Source: Spizellomyces punctatus DAOM BR117 (Eukaryota). Taken from it: a stretch of DNA of 64,000 nt. The stretch lies in assembly GCA_000182565.2 (NCBI GenBank), contig KQ257453.1. One strand, written 5' to 3'. A model generated the notes under the pieces. That model ran no database searches and was not told where the DNA came from. It was given only the letters and a program-made list of their open reading frames with translations. Numbering within the stretch: the first letter of the stretch is position 1; each line of letters opens with the position of its first letter. Made by a program: the position numbers and the translations under genes. Shown piece by piece: positions 1 to 13,645 of this stretch.

Positions 1-3000
1 TCGGCTTGTGAATAACGTCAGTACCCTATACCAAACATTAGAAACCTCTGAAGATCTTACCTGACAATATCGTCAGGAGTTTGGTAGGCTTTGAGCTCTG
101 CGACATCCTCCTGCGTCAGAAGCGTCCATGTGAGGGGAACCGAAGTCGGAGTCGCATCCTAAAGGAACATTATAAACACTTTCGCTTCAAACCAGCAAAA
201 CGTATCCCGCACCTACCTCCTTTTTGACTTCCTCCCCGAGACCAATCCCACCTCCACCTGGTGTCCCGCCCTTCTTATGCTTTCCAGCAGACTTTGTTCG
301 ACTGCTGCTCGGTCGAGTCGTCGATCTGCGATCGGCACCGGCGCTGGTAGGTGGTGTTCGGCCTGTGGTGCGCTGCGAGGGCGATGATGCGGTTGTGGCA
401 GACATCAAGGAGTATCCAGTCCAAGATCGACCCCGTCTGGGTGGATTAGGCGATGTATTACGTAAGCGCCAGATCCAGATGATCGACAATGCGAGAACAC
501 TTTCCTGGATTTTGGCTACTTATGTATACAGTAGATTAACGACAGTGATGGACGATTCATCCTACAGAGATCCCAAAGTTGGTGGGATGGTCTCAACCGC
601 GAGCCGTCGGATGAGCCTTGTCGGTGTGATGGCCAATACGCGAGCGAGACGGATAAGCTCCATGGGTACTCAACTGGATCCTGCTGCCATGGCTGCTGTT
701 GTCGAGGCGCATAGAGAAAAAAAAATTGACAGTGAAAATGCGTCGGATGATGATATGGATGAGGCGGGTGTGTTGCCTGGGGGCGTTGGAGGTAGGACGC
801 ATTAGTGGAGCTGTGTGGGCGAAGTGTGCTTTCTGAGCAACATGTATCATTATTTAGCAGCATCTAAACGACCTGGCCGCTACGATGCACTTACCGTTCT
901 CCAAAAGGTAACCTCAGACGGCCGAACTGACCGTCCCCGTCGCAGCAGTGACCTCGTAGGGCGCTGGGACACTACCCGTTCCCGTGCCGGTTCCATCGCC
1001 GTTCGCTCACTTGCCCCCGATGATACCTCTGATCCCATCACCACTCGAAAAACACCTACATCTCTCTGGAGCGGAGACGAAACAGCCGATCTCCACCAAT
1101 CCCATACACACCAACATGAGCAACTCACTGTTGATTCTTCTATTGACGACATCCGGGAGTACGGCGCATCTGTGCTTCACCCCGGAAAAGTCCTCGGCGT
1201 TCTTCCTGATGAGTACGACCGAGACGTTTACACCGAGTTTGATGAACTGTGTAACGAGATGCTGACGGTGCTGGGTGAATTTGAGACGGCGCTGGAGGAA
1301 ATGACGATTTGGAAGGACGATTTTTTGAGACAGACTGTGCCTTCCAATATCAAACTACAGCTGACCTTACTGTTTGCAAGATTGTTTCGCAGGTATGTTG
1401 TTATTTTCCTAAATATGTTGTTGAATGAGGGATCTGAAGAACGTAGATCACGTCAGTAAGTCAGAGCTCCATGAACCGGTGTTTGAGTTGGTCAAGCAAG
1501 TACGAGTCTACTCTCGACCATGGCTGGACAAGCGATATGCTCTGGTTGAATTGGAAAAAGACTACCAAAGGTGACATGACATTTACCGTTGACAAGCTGG
1601 CATGGGTCGGATCGACTCAAACCTGTTGGGCGTTTAGACAATGCCACATTATCAATGTCGCAATTCGCAAAATGGAGCAAATGCAATTACAGGTACGATC
1701 TCCAACGTCAATATTAGCTACAGTCGTTGAGCATCATACTGATTGAATGGCAGGTGGAACGCATCCGGAGCGAAAAGCGGGTGGCATTGTGGGAGAGAGT
1801 TACAAAGCGGCTGATGGTTTGTTTATGCGACTATGATTTGGATCGTAGAATCCTTGCCTAACGAAAGCAATACAGGACCTTTTTCCAGATTACGGAGAGC
1901 AATTTGTCACTGTGGAAGTGTAAGAGTCCTGGTCGGAAATGTCTCAGTCGCACCCTTATTCATGTTTATCACTAGTCCGGAAGAATCCGCTACTGAACCT
2001 CCAGACACGGCCAACACTGGAATGTCGTTCCCACAAACCCCTGCAACAGATGTAATGTCCCGTCCGTGGACAACCACGACAGCATCTGGAACCTCTCTAA
2101 ATAGTAGTATATCGAAAAGTCAATTGCGCGGTATATATATCAATGGCATGTTTTTGCTAAAAAGCTCTACTTTGTTTCTAACCTATGGCCTGCATAAAAT
2201 AGCTTCTATTCGTGAATACATAACACAAGATACGCCCACCTGGAGACGCAAAGCAAAGGACTTGGTCAAGCAATTTCAAAGCATCCTGGAGATGCAGCAT
2301 CCTAACCTCATCGCCCTCCTCGGACACTTCCACCGACGTCCGGTTCCAAAACCCGCTCAACCCGTCTATATTTCCTCTCACTCAGGAACAATCATATCCC
2401 GTTCAGCGAAAGTTCCAAACCTCCGTGCATCATGGTCTATGCTTGATCTGCGTCAATTTAGCAAGATGGAAAACGAGGAAGAAGAATCGAAACAGAGGGT
2501 ATTGAAGCGATCAAATAGTTCTGGCGTACTGTTTGCTTTGGGGAAGGATCCCAAGTTACGACGGCCATTGCCGGGTGCTGCTATTGGAAGGAGAGAGAAG
2601 ATCCATTCAGGCGGTCCGGTTCCGCATGGTAGTGGGGCATTCCGCAACGCCGGCTTTGATTCGCCGTCGGAAGAACGTAGAGAGGACACTGAAGCGTCTA
2701 CATTTAGCTTACGGGTACGGTCTTGTGATGCTGGGAGGAATCATGCATTTCATTCACGTATTCTGGTTTTAGTACCTTGATAGCATAGGTGAAGCGGAGA
2801 TGAAGGAAATCATTAATTCGTTCATTGACGAGCATCCCATGAAAATACCTGCTGACGGGTATGCTGAATTGGCACTCTGACTTCAGCTTTCGTTTGCCCG
2901 AGCTCAACATGTTTCCGAATCAGAAACCTAATTGATCAAGATCCGTCAACGAAAGCAAGCATTCATAAAGAAACGTACACTCTCCAAGATGTCATGGAAC

Positions 3001-4248
3001 TTACCCTTCTGCACGCCCAACAAATGCAACTCCTTCAATCCGAATACGAGTATGTCTAGCCATTTTCTTGCATTTGCTGGTAGTAAACTCATGTCACGGT
3101 CCCACGTTATCGTAACAGAGAGCGCATTCAACAGCTTGAGAACCACATGACTGAGACAGAAGCAGCTCACGAAGAAACCTGCGGCGACTACGAACGACGA
3201 ATTGATGTCCTCCAAGAGCGAGTCAAGCGTATTGCACAAGAATATATGAAGCAAGCCAAGGAAGGTACTCCACCGGACAAGCCGCATACAGGAAAAGAAG
3301 ATACATCGGATGTAACCTCCGAGGTGGATACGGACTTGCCCAGGCCTGACAGACCGCGAACAAAGAGCACAAGACGGAGGCGGAGTCGAAAGAAGAGTCG
3401 GCAGAGGTGGAGAGACAGGAAGAGTCCCATCCGGAGTCCAATACATTTGGTACAAAAGAGGGTCTTACCGGTTTGTAGTTCATTGGACTTGCTCTGTGAT
3501 TGCCTGTAGATATTCGCTTATACCTTGTCATTGAATGTGAACAACAGCCGAGACACAGGCCTGTGTTCACCAGCCCCCCGTTTTCCATGTCGGTAAGTAG
3601 CTGTTGATATGCCCACCGGAAAAAGCACACCATCTCTTTCGATATTCTCTAACTCGAAAACAACACATAGTTCATGGACCGCCTTCGGTGGTTTACTGAA
3701 GCCAAACTCCAAAAACGAAGCACCATCCAACAAAAATTCCGAAGCATCGAAATGAACGCTAACGAAGAAAGACTGGCCCAATACCACTTATTGAGACCGG
3801 AGAAGGATTCACCAACGGTAGAATCCGATCCGGACGTACATTTGCCTGCAGAATTTATGCCCATGCCTGGGGATGTTCCCCCACCAAAGAGGAAGGATAT
3901 TTGGGCTGAACAGGGTATAGTGTGTCCGTCAAGAGAACCACGGTGATTGTAATGTTCCTCACGTCCATTGTCTTGTTACAGGTATTAATATGCCATGGGG
4001 TGGAAGATTCAACGTGCATCGTAGGGAAATAGGGGTACGTACTACTTTCAATTCATTCTTTGGCAGACAACATGTTTCCGGTTCGACATTGTGCTTATGT
4101 CTCTATCTCTATCTGATAGGGAATGAATATTCTGAATTTATTCGATGTGGCAATGCGGTTCCATCATCCGCATCGTTCAAGAGATACACCAACCACACAG
4201 AATCAAACACCTCATGAGGAAGCCAGTAGATTTGATACCCCGCTTTAA
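1..4248 (+). CDS. Large multi-exon hypothetical protein (5' end lies outside the window), with coiled-coil and low-complexity segments
   Basis: Chain of + strand ORFs (224-805, 815-1459, 1833-2780, 2932-3150, 3147-3509, 3674-3946) joined by short GT-AG introns. The inferred last exon 4120-4248 encodes GMNILNLFDVAMRF...FDTPL*. No family recognised. Confidence 0.65.
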
Positions 4249-4290
4249 CACAAAACTTCGTATGATTAAATATAATCAAAAAACTTGAAA

Positions 4291-7200
4291 CTACTTTTTC
4301 TTCTTCTTCGCATCTTTTCCACCACCTTTTTTCTTGCCCTTGTCCCCTTCGTCATCCAGTGGCGCCGCGAGCATAGCGGTGCGTTTCTTAACCAATGGTA
4401 TTTTTTCGTAAAAATCCTAAATGGATGCGGTTAGAGTACTCAATATGTAGTGTCAACAGGGCTTGCTTCATCTTTACCCAGTATGGTTTATCGTCATTCT
4501 TGTCAAAAGGAGCCATATTTAGAATCTGTTCGACAAGTTCATTGGTTGTGAATGGTCTCAATCGTAACTAGATGGACACAGGAAGCTGTTAAATGACTCT
4601 CGTCCGCGGTAAAACCCAGAGAAACCAACACCACTAACCAACTTCAATCGTCGATCAGTCAAGGCTCTCTCACAAGCCAAAGCAATCTGTCCCGTCGAGA
4701 GCCCATCGCTCATTCTCGTCAACAGACTTATATCAATATCCTTTACAGCCGCTGGAATTCTTCTTCCAATAAAATATGTCCATAGCGCATTCCGCGAAGG
4801 GTAATCCGGAGCTGGGACTGGTAATTGCTTCCCAAACACAGGCATCATAGCCTTCACATCCCCATCCCAGGGTTTGTTACTCGTTCCCATTACCATGACC
4901 CTATCGACAGGTTTAAGCCCCTTGACAGCTTTCAAAAGGTCCTTTTTAATTCGCTTTGGATCGGACGTATCGTCTTTTGGCACCTTTTTGGCAAAAATCA
5001 TTTCGACATTGTCAATGTACACGATGGATGGTGGATGGGCTTTGGCTACTTTGAAGACCATGTGGACCATTTTGGCAACGTTAGATTTGCCGACGTATTG
5101 TCCAGCTGTGTTGCGGGGGGTAAGGTTGAAGAGCCATGCACCCAGTTCCGACGCAACAGCGTTGACGAGCATTGATTTACCGGCACCTGTGTTTGCGATT
5201 ACTTCATTTGATATGTTTTTGGGATTGTATTTTCGTGTGGACAACGTCATACCTTTTGGTCCGAAAAGCAATACACTCGATACAGCTGGAACTTGCATCG
5301 GCTCCGAGAACCCCAGTGGGAGTACACAATATTCTGTCACCGCCTAATACTCGGAGCGCACCAGAATCAACACCAAGAGCCGCACCACTGTACAAAAGCA
5401 ATGCTCGTACCCGTTGCAATTCTCCAAGTGTTGGCTTGATAACAGGAGTCTTTGTTGAGCTTGATGCTAGCAAGTCAAACTCGCCTTTGAAATCCTCCAT
5501 GGACACCGATGGGTACTTTTTTGGGATTGTTAGCCAAATGATGATAATGGAAAACAGCATATGTGTGCCTTACCTTTTGTAGAATTCCGGCCTGGATAAG
5601 TTCTTCGACTAAAGATTCCATGGTTCGGTTGGCTGTCAGGTCTTTCTCCTTCTTACCCTTCTTTCCCCCCTGTAGGCCTATGCTGTCATTACAATCCGTT
5701 ACGATGACAAAGAGACACCTACTCGTACCTTTCCTTTGCCTCCTTTCTTTCCGCCCTTCTTGCCTTTCTTGCCTTCAAAATGCAGGACTTTGATCAACAT
5801 TCAAGAAGCTTGAATACAAACATGTGCAGATGTTACCTTTTCCGCCCTTTTTACCCTTTTTTCCCTTTCGACTTTTGCCAGCCTTCTCCCGATCAACGGC
5901 CATTTTCAAGTTTTTGAGCTCTTCTTTCAAGATTTCCATGACCTGGCCCTTGATCTTGGTGCATTGAGCAGAGAGCAGTCACTAAATGAAACGGAATCTG
6001 CGTACAGGCGATCGTTAGAGTGGTACCTCAGCTTCGACCTCTCTCCGTTTCTCATTTTTAACAATTTCCTGATCGTGCTTTTGAGCGAAATTTTCGGTTT
6101 CGTCCTTTCGTAGCCACTTTTCCCCGTAAGTTGATCGTCTAAGAAGAGTTAAATAACGAACCAAAGATATCGGTTCATGCACACTGTAACATACTCGGTA
6201 TTTATGCTAGTGAGGAAGGGGGAGTCATCAAACTTGAATTTGTTTGGATCTTCCGTTTCCTACTTGCATGCATTCGTCATATGCTGAGGTAGTCGAATAC
6301 TCATGTTGAACATACCTCCTGTTTTCCCCCCTTCTTACCCGCTGCTCCTTTTTTGGCGTCCTTTCCACCTTTTCCAGCGTCCTTGCCCTTTGCTCCTTTG
6401 CCTCCCTTTCCTCCCTTCCCACCTTTCGTAGCTGATGCTGCCGTACTAGGCTTCGATTCACCCGCCCCTGACCCATCAGCTTCTCCAGCAGCCGGAGGTA
6501 TTTGTCCCTCAGGCGTTAGCTCAAACTTGAATCCAGGCTCTTGCCAAACTTTGTCTGCGGGGAAGTCGGGAAATTTGCTGTTGATCCTCTTGTATTCCAT
6601 GTACCATTGTCGGAAGCTGTCCTGCAAGGCTTCCTTCATATCTGGTCCTTCCACCCTCATGATTCTGTTGCGATCCAGTGTAAGCTGATATAGAACAAAG
6701 GAGAGTGCATCCTGTAACTACTCACTTTTCTCTGGTATTAACAAGAGCCTGCTGGTATTCTTCTTCATGTTGCAGCTGAACGACTTTTCGGCGATTCCGG
6801 TTGTTTTCGGCTCTAACCATTGGATTATTTTTTGGGTCTTTCATGATGTTTGCCATTCCCAAGAAGATCATTTCCTCATGCATTTGCTTCTTGTAGAATT
6901 GGCGTGCCTTGTATCCTTTGTACCTATGGAAGAAAGGGTATCAGATCAAATTGGACCGTAACGACTGGTCTGTCGTCACTGTCGGCACCCACACTTTTTG
7001 AATTCGTACAGCTGCCGTATTTACTTCCATCTCCTCCTCATTTTGATCAAGCTCCTTTTCACGTTGAGCCTGAAGCCTATATGACAGTCCGATCAGATCT
7101 TGCTTGCAGCATATAGCCAACACCACAAAATGTCATACTTGATGTCTCGCATATACTTTGCCCGCAGTCTCCCCTGTCGCCCTCGCTCGTTGATCTGTAT

Positions 7201-7899
7201 AATGCGGATTGCCTCTGATATTTTGAGAGGTGGGAACGGAGGTACAGCTTCTCCAAAGCCAAACTCTTTAGCACCGAGGCCGTCCTAGGACGAGAAGACT
7301 GGTTCATCATACCGCATACGGTTTGCGTCCAAAGGTCGAGGAGCACTCACCAACAATGTTTTGTGCTGCTCGATATCTGTACCCCGCTCTTCCACAAAAC
7401 AGCGTGGAACTGGGATTCGCAGATCGTCAGGAGTTAGCTTTAGATCCAGCAGAATGTCTCCAAAGTTGAAAAAGTCTGTCAGCTCCAATTCCACCATTTT
7501 CTGCAGCCAGTGAATTAGCTATAAATCGAAATCTTTGCGTTCAATACTCATTCTACGAGGCTCATACATGCTTCAACTCTAGTATTCTTCCCATTGTCGC
7601 AAGGACAACATCTTTCATCAATCGTCGTTTCTGAGGATGTACGATTTGGTCGTATGCTTCCTATAAAAGGTTCAACTTGATACTCCCTCTCTGAAAAATA
7701 TAATATCTTTTCTGTTCTTGCATACCTCCAGTCTTCGAAAGATCTGGATATACTTGACATATAGCAACGCCAAATGCTGGAAGGCGGCTTCCCGGTCCTT
7801 GGGGAGCAGGTTGGGATCTTTGGGCGACTCATACTCTAGTTGATCAGCCAGCTGTTTATTGGCTTCTGCCCAGTACTGATTGTATGTTCGGTTTGACAT
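4291..7899 (-). CDS. IQCA1: IQ and AAA domain-containing protein (dynein regulatory complex subunit DRC11), multi-exon
   Basis: N-terminus MSNRTYNQYWAEA...LYVKYIQIFRRLE and MVELELTDFFNFGDILLDLKLTP match IQCA1. Has an IQ-like segment (AAVRIQKVW), K/G-rich linkers and a C-terminal AAA domain with spliced Walker A GPKG/AGKS and DPKRIKKDL. Confidence 0.92.
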
Positions 7900-8237
7900 G
7901 ATGGCTCATTCGGGTAGTTGTCGTTGCTTGCTGAAAACGTCTTGGATGTGATCTGATCATGTCCGACCGCTTACGTAATGAGGGCTATTACATTGGCTTT
8001 GCGGCTAATGTTAAAAGCGACAGCAGCAACTGAGATATGGAATAACAAAGGGAGTAAGGACAGGAAGGTGATCCATTTGCCAGTAGGATAATGGCAGATA
8101 TCATCGTTTCGGATGGATATTTGCCATGTTGTTTTGGCTAGTTGGTGTATCACGTGGTTTGTGATCGTGCCGTGGGGCGGGAGCAAAGGTATCGCAACGA
8201 CATTGGTAAATCTTTCATCTTGACCTAACAAACAGCT

Positions 8238-9064
8238 ATGGCGGACGACGAGCTACAAGCTATCCGAGCGAGGCGTATGGCCGAAATGCGTGCGGCTCAG
8301 GGGGTAGGTCTCTTCTTGGCGTTCTTCCAATGCAGCGATCTCAGGATTGCATTACTGATCTCTGAGATTAATCGTGCCTCTTGTAGGGATCAGCGGGTTC
8401 AATGGGACTGCCCGCAGGCATGGCAGCAGGTGGCCCACCCGGTAATTCTGCTGAAGAAGCTGAAAAGAAGAGGTAAGTCATTCACTCTCTGACCATATCA
8501 TCCTGATTAATAAACGAACGTGTTGCAGCCAAATGGAGGAGATGCGAAGGAATATGGTAGGTTCACCCAACAATGGAGTGAGATGGACCATCTCTGAACC
8601 TAGCATTATGACTGAATTTCTATCGTAGCTTTACCAAATCCTGGACAATGACGCTCGGGAACGACGTAAGAGTGGATTTATCTTGGCCGCATCATATCTC
8701 CTTGACTAACCTTTGTCCTGAAGTCGCCCGCATCAAGATTGTAAAGGCAGAAAAGGCCCGTGCTGTAGAAGATCTTTTAATTCGAATGGTAAATCTCTGC
8801 TGGGTTTGTCCTGGATATGACCCATGACGCGAACATTCATCGACGATATTTCATAGGCCCAAACCGGTCAGATCAGAGCCAAGGTCAATGAATCAACACT
8901 CATTGGCCTTCTGGAACAAATTAACGAACAAAACCAAAAAGAAACAAAGATCACCGTAAGTCTGGTCTATGTCGTTCGTTGCAGGCACATGATTAACAGA
9001 TGCTTGGACACAGTACAATCGACGACGAGAAGACGATTCGGATGATGACGATTTTGGATTGTAG
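8238..9064 (+). CDS. PDCD5: Programmed cell death protein 5 homolog, multi-exon
   Basis: MADDELQAIRARRMAEM start; spliced exons give QILDNDARER, ARIKIVKAEKARAVEDLLIRMAQTGQI and a C-terminal YNRRREDDSDDDDFGL*. Confidence 0.93.
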
Positions 9065-9268
9065 TTTACATTTGGGCGTAGCACAGTAGGGCATAGTATG
9101 TGCGCGGTAAGTTTCTGGAAGTTGCAGGGACTGTATTGCAAAGTTTCTCAAAATTTTCCAATATAGATATGTATATACACAATGATACAAATAATTGAGC
9201 GCGAGGCTTCTGTATTCTCCGTCTACCAAATATGATATGGGTGGGACGTGATCATTTGGGGATGTCGC

Positions 9269-12200
9269 TTAAACGATGCGGCTTTTGACCATAGTAAATC
9301 TTTCAATTCGATCCAGTTTGTCGCCGGTGGCACCCTTTTCCTCCAGTTTCCCGTCCATTGAAGATGCCTTGGAACCATCAGGTTGCCCTTTGGATTGTTT
9401 TGAGGGAAGCGCAGAAACTCGTCGCGATTCGAAACCATCCGACACAGGCTCCTCTCCCGCTTTATGCAACTGCATTGCGCGTCGACGCGCCGCCCGCTGC
9501 ATAGTTAGTCCGACTACTAATTTGAGGCACAAAAGGCTAGATGTAGAAATGACCGTTATCGCAAATGCTGAACACGCGAGGCCAGTGAGAACGCACACAC
9601 CTTAAATAGATAGCACCCAAAATGCCAACCCACATTCCCAACATCTTAATAACCCTTGCAAACTCCTTTTGCACTGCCGGATCCATGCTTACACCAACCA
9701 GTCTCCACAACGCATTCCCCAAACCCTGCACACCATCTTTCGTGAACCATTCGGCCGGACTGGGAAGAGGAGATGGGTTGCAAGCATCCAAAAAGGCTTT
9801 TACTAGTCTGGATATGCTACTGCTCAGATCTTTGTCATGAGAATATTGATCGGCATCGTCCGAGGTGGACCGGAGGTACAAAAGCATTTGCATGGTTTGG
9901 AGTGTCACGCGAATAACTAGGCACGAAAGCGGAATGGAGACAAAGCCAATTCGGCGCGCTACTGCGGGCGATTGGTCCACAAAGGTCTGTGAAAGCAAGG
10001 GCAGTGTTAGATATCAAGGGATTTTAAGATGAATTGACCACTCGTTACCCACCATCCGACGGTTGTGCTCGATATCATGATCATCCTCCTTCCCACCTTC
10101 CTTCCCGGCATTACTACCAGCTGCACGCATTCCGCTCAAATCCCTACACAGACTATCCCGAAACCGCCCATAAACGGCCGGCTTGATGTGATTGAACTTT
10201 GATATAAATGCATGTTTCAGCCAATCCACCAGGATCTCGGTGCCAAACACTACCACAACAGGTGTCGCAAGAGTCTCGATCAACTTGTAAGTGGAGGTGG
10301 ACAAAATGTAACGCACGCCCGACAGAAGGGAGGATGCGCTGGGAAAGGAAAGGACAGGCTGGAACACATTGGACGGTGCAAACATGGATGTGGAGAGATT
10401 GTAAAAGTATGAAATGGCAGATTCGAGATTACTTAAACCGCCAGTGAGCTCGATAAAGTTGCGTAACGTGATGATGCAGAGAAATACAGAGAGTTGAAAT
10501 CGTTCAACGATATCTATATCAGTCGTTAACCACCAGGTTCATGGAGGAACTGAGTAAACATCTTTCGCAACCTCACCTGCACAGCTCAACTGGAAGAGAT
10601 TTTCTTTCTCGAACCTTTTGAACACACTTCCTTTGATCTCCACAAATTGATTACTCAATAATAATGTCATCAAGGCATTATTGTACGAGTTGATGGAGAC
10701 GTTCAGAGTCATGACTTGGTAGAACAGCACGATGCTGTGCGTGAAAACATAGCATAATGCTACAAGAAAATGTTTCACCCTCCCAAGTTGTCGTTGGCCG
10801 CCGTGAGGGTTTGCTAATGTGTATTTGACAGTGGCCTTTGAAAATAGCGAATCAAGGATGTCATGCCCAAAAGCGCTACACAGTTTGTCACATATCTAAA
10901 CGGCCGCGAGGTAGGTTGTTAGAGACACAATATTCAAATGATGTACCAATAAACGCGGGTATCCTCACCTCAAGCACATTGAATATGACGTACAACTTTA
11001 TCAATGCCTGCCCTCGGACGGAATGATATATCTGTGATGCATCATAATGCTGAAGCATATAACAACAGATTCCAATCAGAGCGCCCTTCATCAAGTCACA
11101 TTTTTGCGCCGATTTTAGGTATGTTGACCTGACCAAAATAATTTGAGTCAATGTTACCTCAAATGTAGCTGAGGAGAAGATGCGCACCTGAAAATAAGCG
11201 CCTTGAACATGGTCCACAGCGCAAAAACAATCCGCAAGGGCAATATGGTGAATATATGGAGGAATGAGTCAAAGCAGATAAGATACCCAAAAAACATGAG
11301 CTAGAAGATTGACAAGATGAGAAAGCTGAAAAAACTAGTTGAGAATGGCTGAGGTGCACCATCAAGTTTCGTACCTTTTCGAGCTCGAAGGGTACACTCA
11401 AGAAATCCTGAATTCTCTCCTTCTTTACATCTGGGCTCTCATCAAAATCGGTCCCAAAAAGTTCGGCTTTAAAGTAACCCCAGAGACTTCCTATGCCGTC
11501 CGACTCGTTTGACAAACGTTCTGAGGAGCTTACAACGCCTGGATTCTTGCGTAACGGACTGCCCAGGTCACTAGTTGCTTTCCCATTGAAGGCGTCCAAC
11601 TTGGACGATATATTTCCTACTGCCGTTGGAGTACGGGACCTTTTGGGACTACCATTAGGGGAAGAAAAATCAGACGAAAGCTGGTGACCATCCTCATGCT
11701 GTACTGCATTCCACGTAACAACGTCAGCTGGTTCCAAGACGCGCTCATTCGTCGTATTCATAATTTCAGAAGTTGTGGAGGAACGATTCGTGCAATTGGC
11801 GGGGATATTGGTATGCGCCATATCTAATGAGGATGTGTCGTGTTCGTTTAAATTATCGAGGGTGAAGGATTCTGACTGCATGTGTTCGGGAAGAATAGAT
11901 TCAATGGATGTGAGACTGGAATCACATGTACTGCCGTCCAGGAGAGCATGATGCAAGAGTCGCCGATCCAGCGATTCCGATCGAAGATCTGTGATGGAAT
12001 GAGACCGGCGGTGCCCAAGTAGAAAATGGGCATTCGTGTCGGCTTCCTTCTCTGTAAAACGTCGGAACAAGCATGAGCTCTCAGCTCTCGCTGCGATTCT
12101 TGAAGATGGAATCACTCAAATGTCTTGTCTCCCCCACTTAGAAAAGACTCATTTTCCTACTTCTCCGCACTTACCATGCAGAAATGACGCTTCGTATGCG

Positions 12201-12680
12201 GAATGAAGTGCGGCAAGAGGCGAATCCCCAGTTTTTCGCCGTTTTCTAGTAGCGAGGGATGGACTTATGGGACTTCCTAGTCCATTTATGGTAATTTCGG
12301 CTTGTTGTGTGGTACACTCAGAAGGTCGATGGGCTAGGCGAAGGGGAGTCAGGGTGGAAGTATGGCGTCGTCGTAGAGGAGGAATTGGAATGTCCATTGA
12401 TGTGTCGTTTTCGCGAAGAGTCGACAAAGACTCAGAGTGGTCCGTAATATATATTACTGAGCACAAAATACAAGACCGAGTTAGTTTACTTGCTTGAAAC
12501 TGGCTCATTCTCAGGTTTGGGCCTACCTCCAAGAGCTACAGATCGCTCTCGGTCTACGGAAAGAGTTCTCTCCAAAGGAGTTTCTTTTTCAGCATTGGCA
12601 GCTGAAGGGTATGATTTTTGCGTCAAAAGCAAAGCGGGTTGGGCATTGTCAGCAGGCGATAATGGCCTGGCTGCTGGCAT
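9269..12680 (-). CDS. TAPT1: TAPT1/Emp65 (DUF747) polytopic ER membrane protein with a long disordered N-terminus, multi-exon
   Basis: Motifs YHSVRGQALIKLYVIFNVLE, LNVSINSYNNALMTLLLSNQFVEIKGSVFKRFEKENLFQLSCAD, EILVDWLKHAFISKFN and ARRIGFVSIPL. Start codon is inferred. Confidence 0.92.
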
Positions 12681-13047
12681 GATGGACTCTATAGTTGAAT
12701 GCAAAGGAGATCTCGCCAGCCAAAGCCGTTTCGGAAGTTCAAAAGGTCCATTTCGCCTTCATGCACGTGATCTTGCTCATGTAAGCGTGAGATGATAGCG
12801 TGGTCAATGTCAGGTTTTTCCAATGCGCAAGGCTAGTGGAGAATTGAATAATGGAATGTGGATCCCTGTCCATTCAACAGTTGCTTTTGGAGCTCTTCAA
12901 ACTCCTGCGGTTGCAATTCACAAACGCTTCCGTGATGGACTGGTGTGTGCAATGCACCACATGCTACGGTAGTTTATGACGATCCCCGTTTCACATACAG
13001 TATTCATTTTGATACTAATCCCATGCTCAACTATGGCCATCTGCTTT

Positions 13048-13128
13048 GTCGTCGTCGCCATCGTCGTCGTCGTCATCCTCCTACCCCTCCTCCTCCTCCT
13101 CCTCGTCGTCGTCGTCGTCGTCGTCGTC
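13048..13128. repeat. Compound trinucleotide microsatellite (GTC)n-(CCT)n-(CGT)n
   Basis: gtcgtcgtcgccatcgtcgtcgtcgtcatcctcctacccctcctcctcctcctcctcgtcgtcgtcgtcgtcgtcgtcgtc read directly. Confidence 0.9.
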
Positions 13129-13645
13129 CGAACGGCTCGTGCAAAAAAGGGCTTGGAAGGCTTCTGCGCGCTAAAATGATCTTCATATTTGTGAAACCAA
13201 TTTATATCTTTATAGCAAGTCATCTATCCATATATGGAATGAGAGAGATTATGTCTACACCTAAACCCATCGCCGCCTTTTTGGCCTCGCCCTTCTTTTG
13301 CGCCAGCGGTTTTTTTTGTTGGCAATTTGGATTATCGCGCAGTTGCAAACGGATAGATTTCACGACGATTACAGGCTGCAAAGGAAGCGAGTAAAGCGCA
13401 GGGACGAGCAGGCACGAGCCAAGTACCAGTGCTGGTTGACGAGGAGTTTGCATTGGTTGGAGGAAGATAGACGCTCCCGCGACAGCAGTTCGTGCTTGTT
13501 CTAACATTTCCGTCATTCCTACTCGTTTGGACTTCAATTGACGCTCACGGCCGCTCCTCTCCCTTTGGAGAACCCTAACGGGGTCTCTCTTGTCACTTAC
13601 TGGACCGAACATTCGCTGAAGCTTCCTGACCGAACGTTGGTGGAA

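Noticed and set aside
12945-13394. ORFs with poly-Arg/Pro (protamine-like) or poly-Val/Leu runs
   Set aside because: They are translations of the compound (GTC)/(CCT) microsatellite in a probable promoter or UTR, and all frames stay open because of the repeat.
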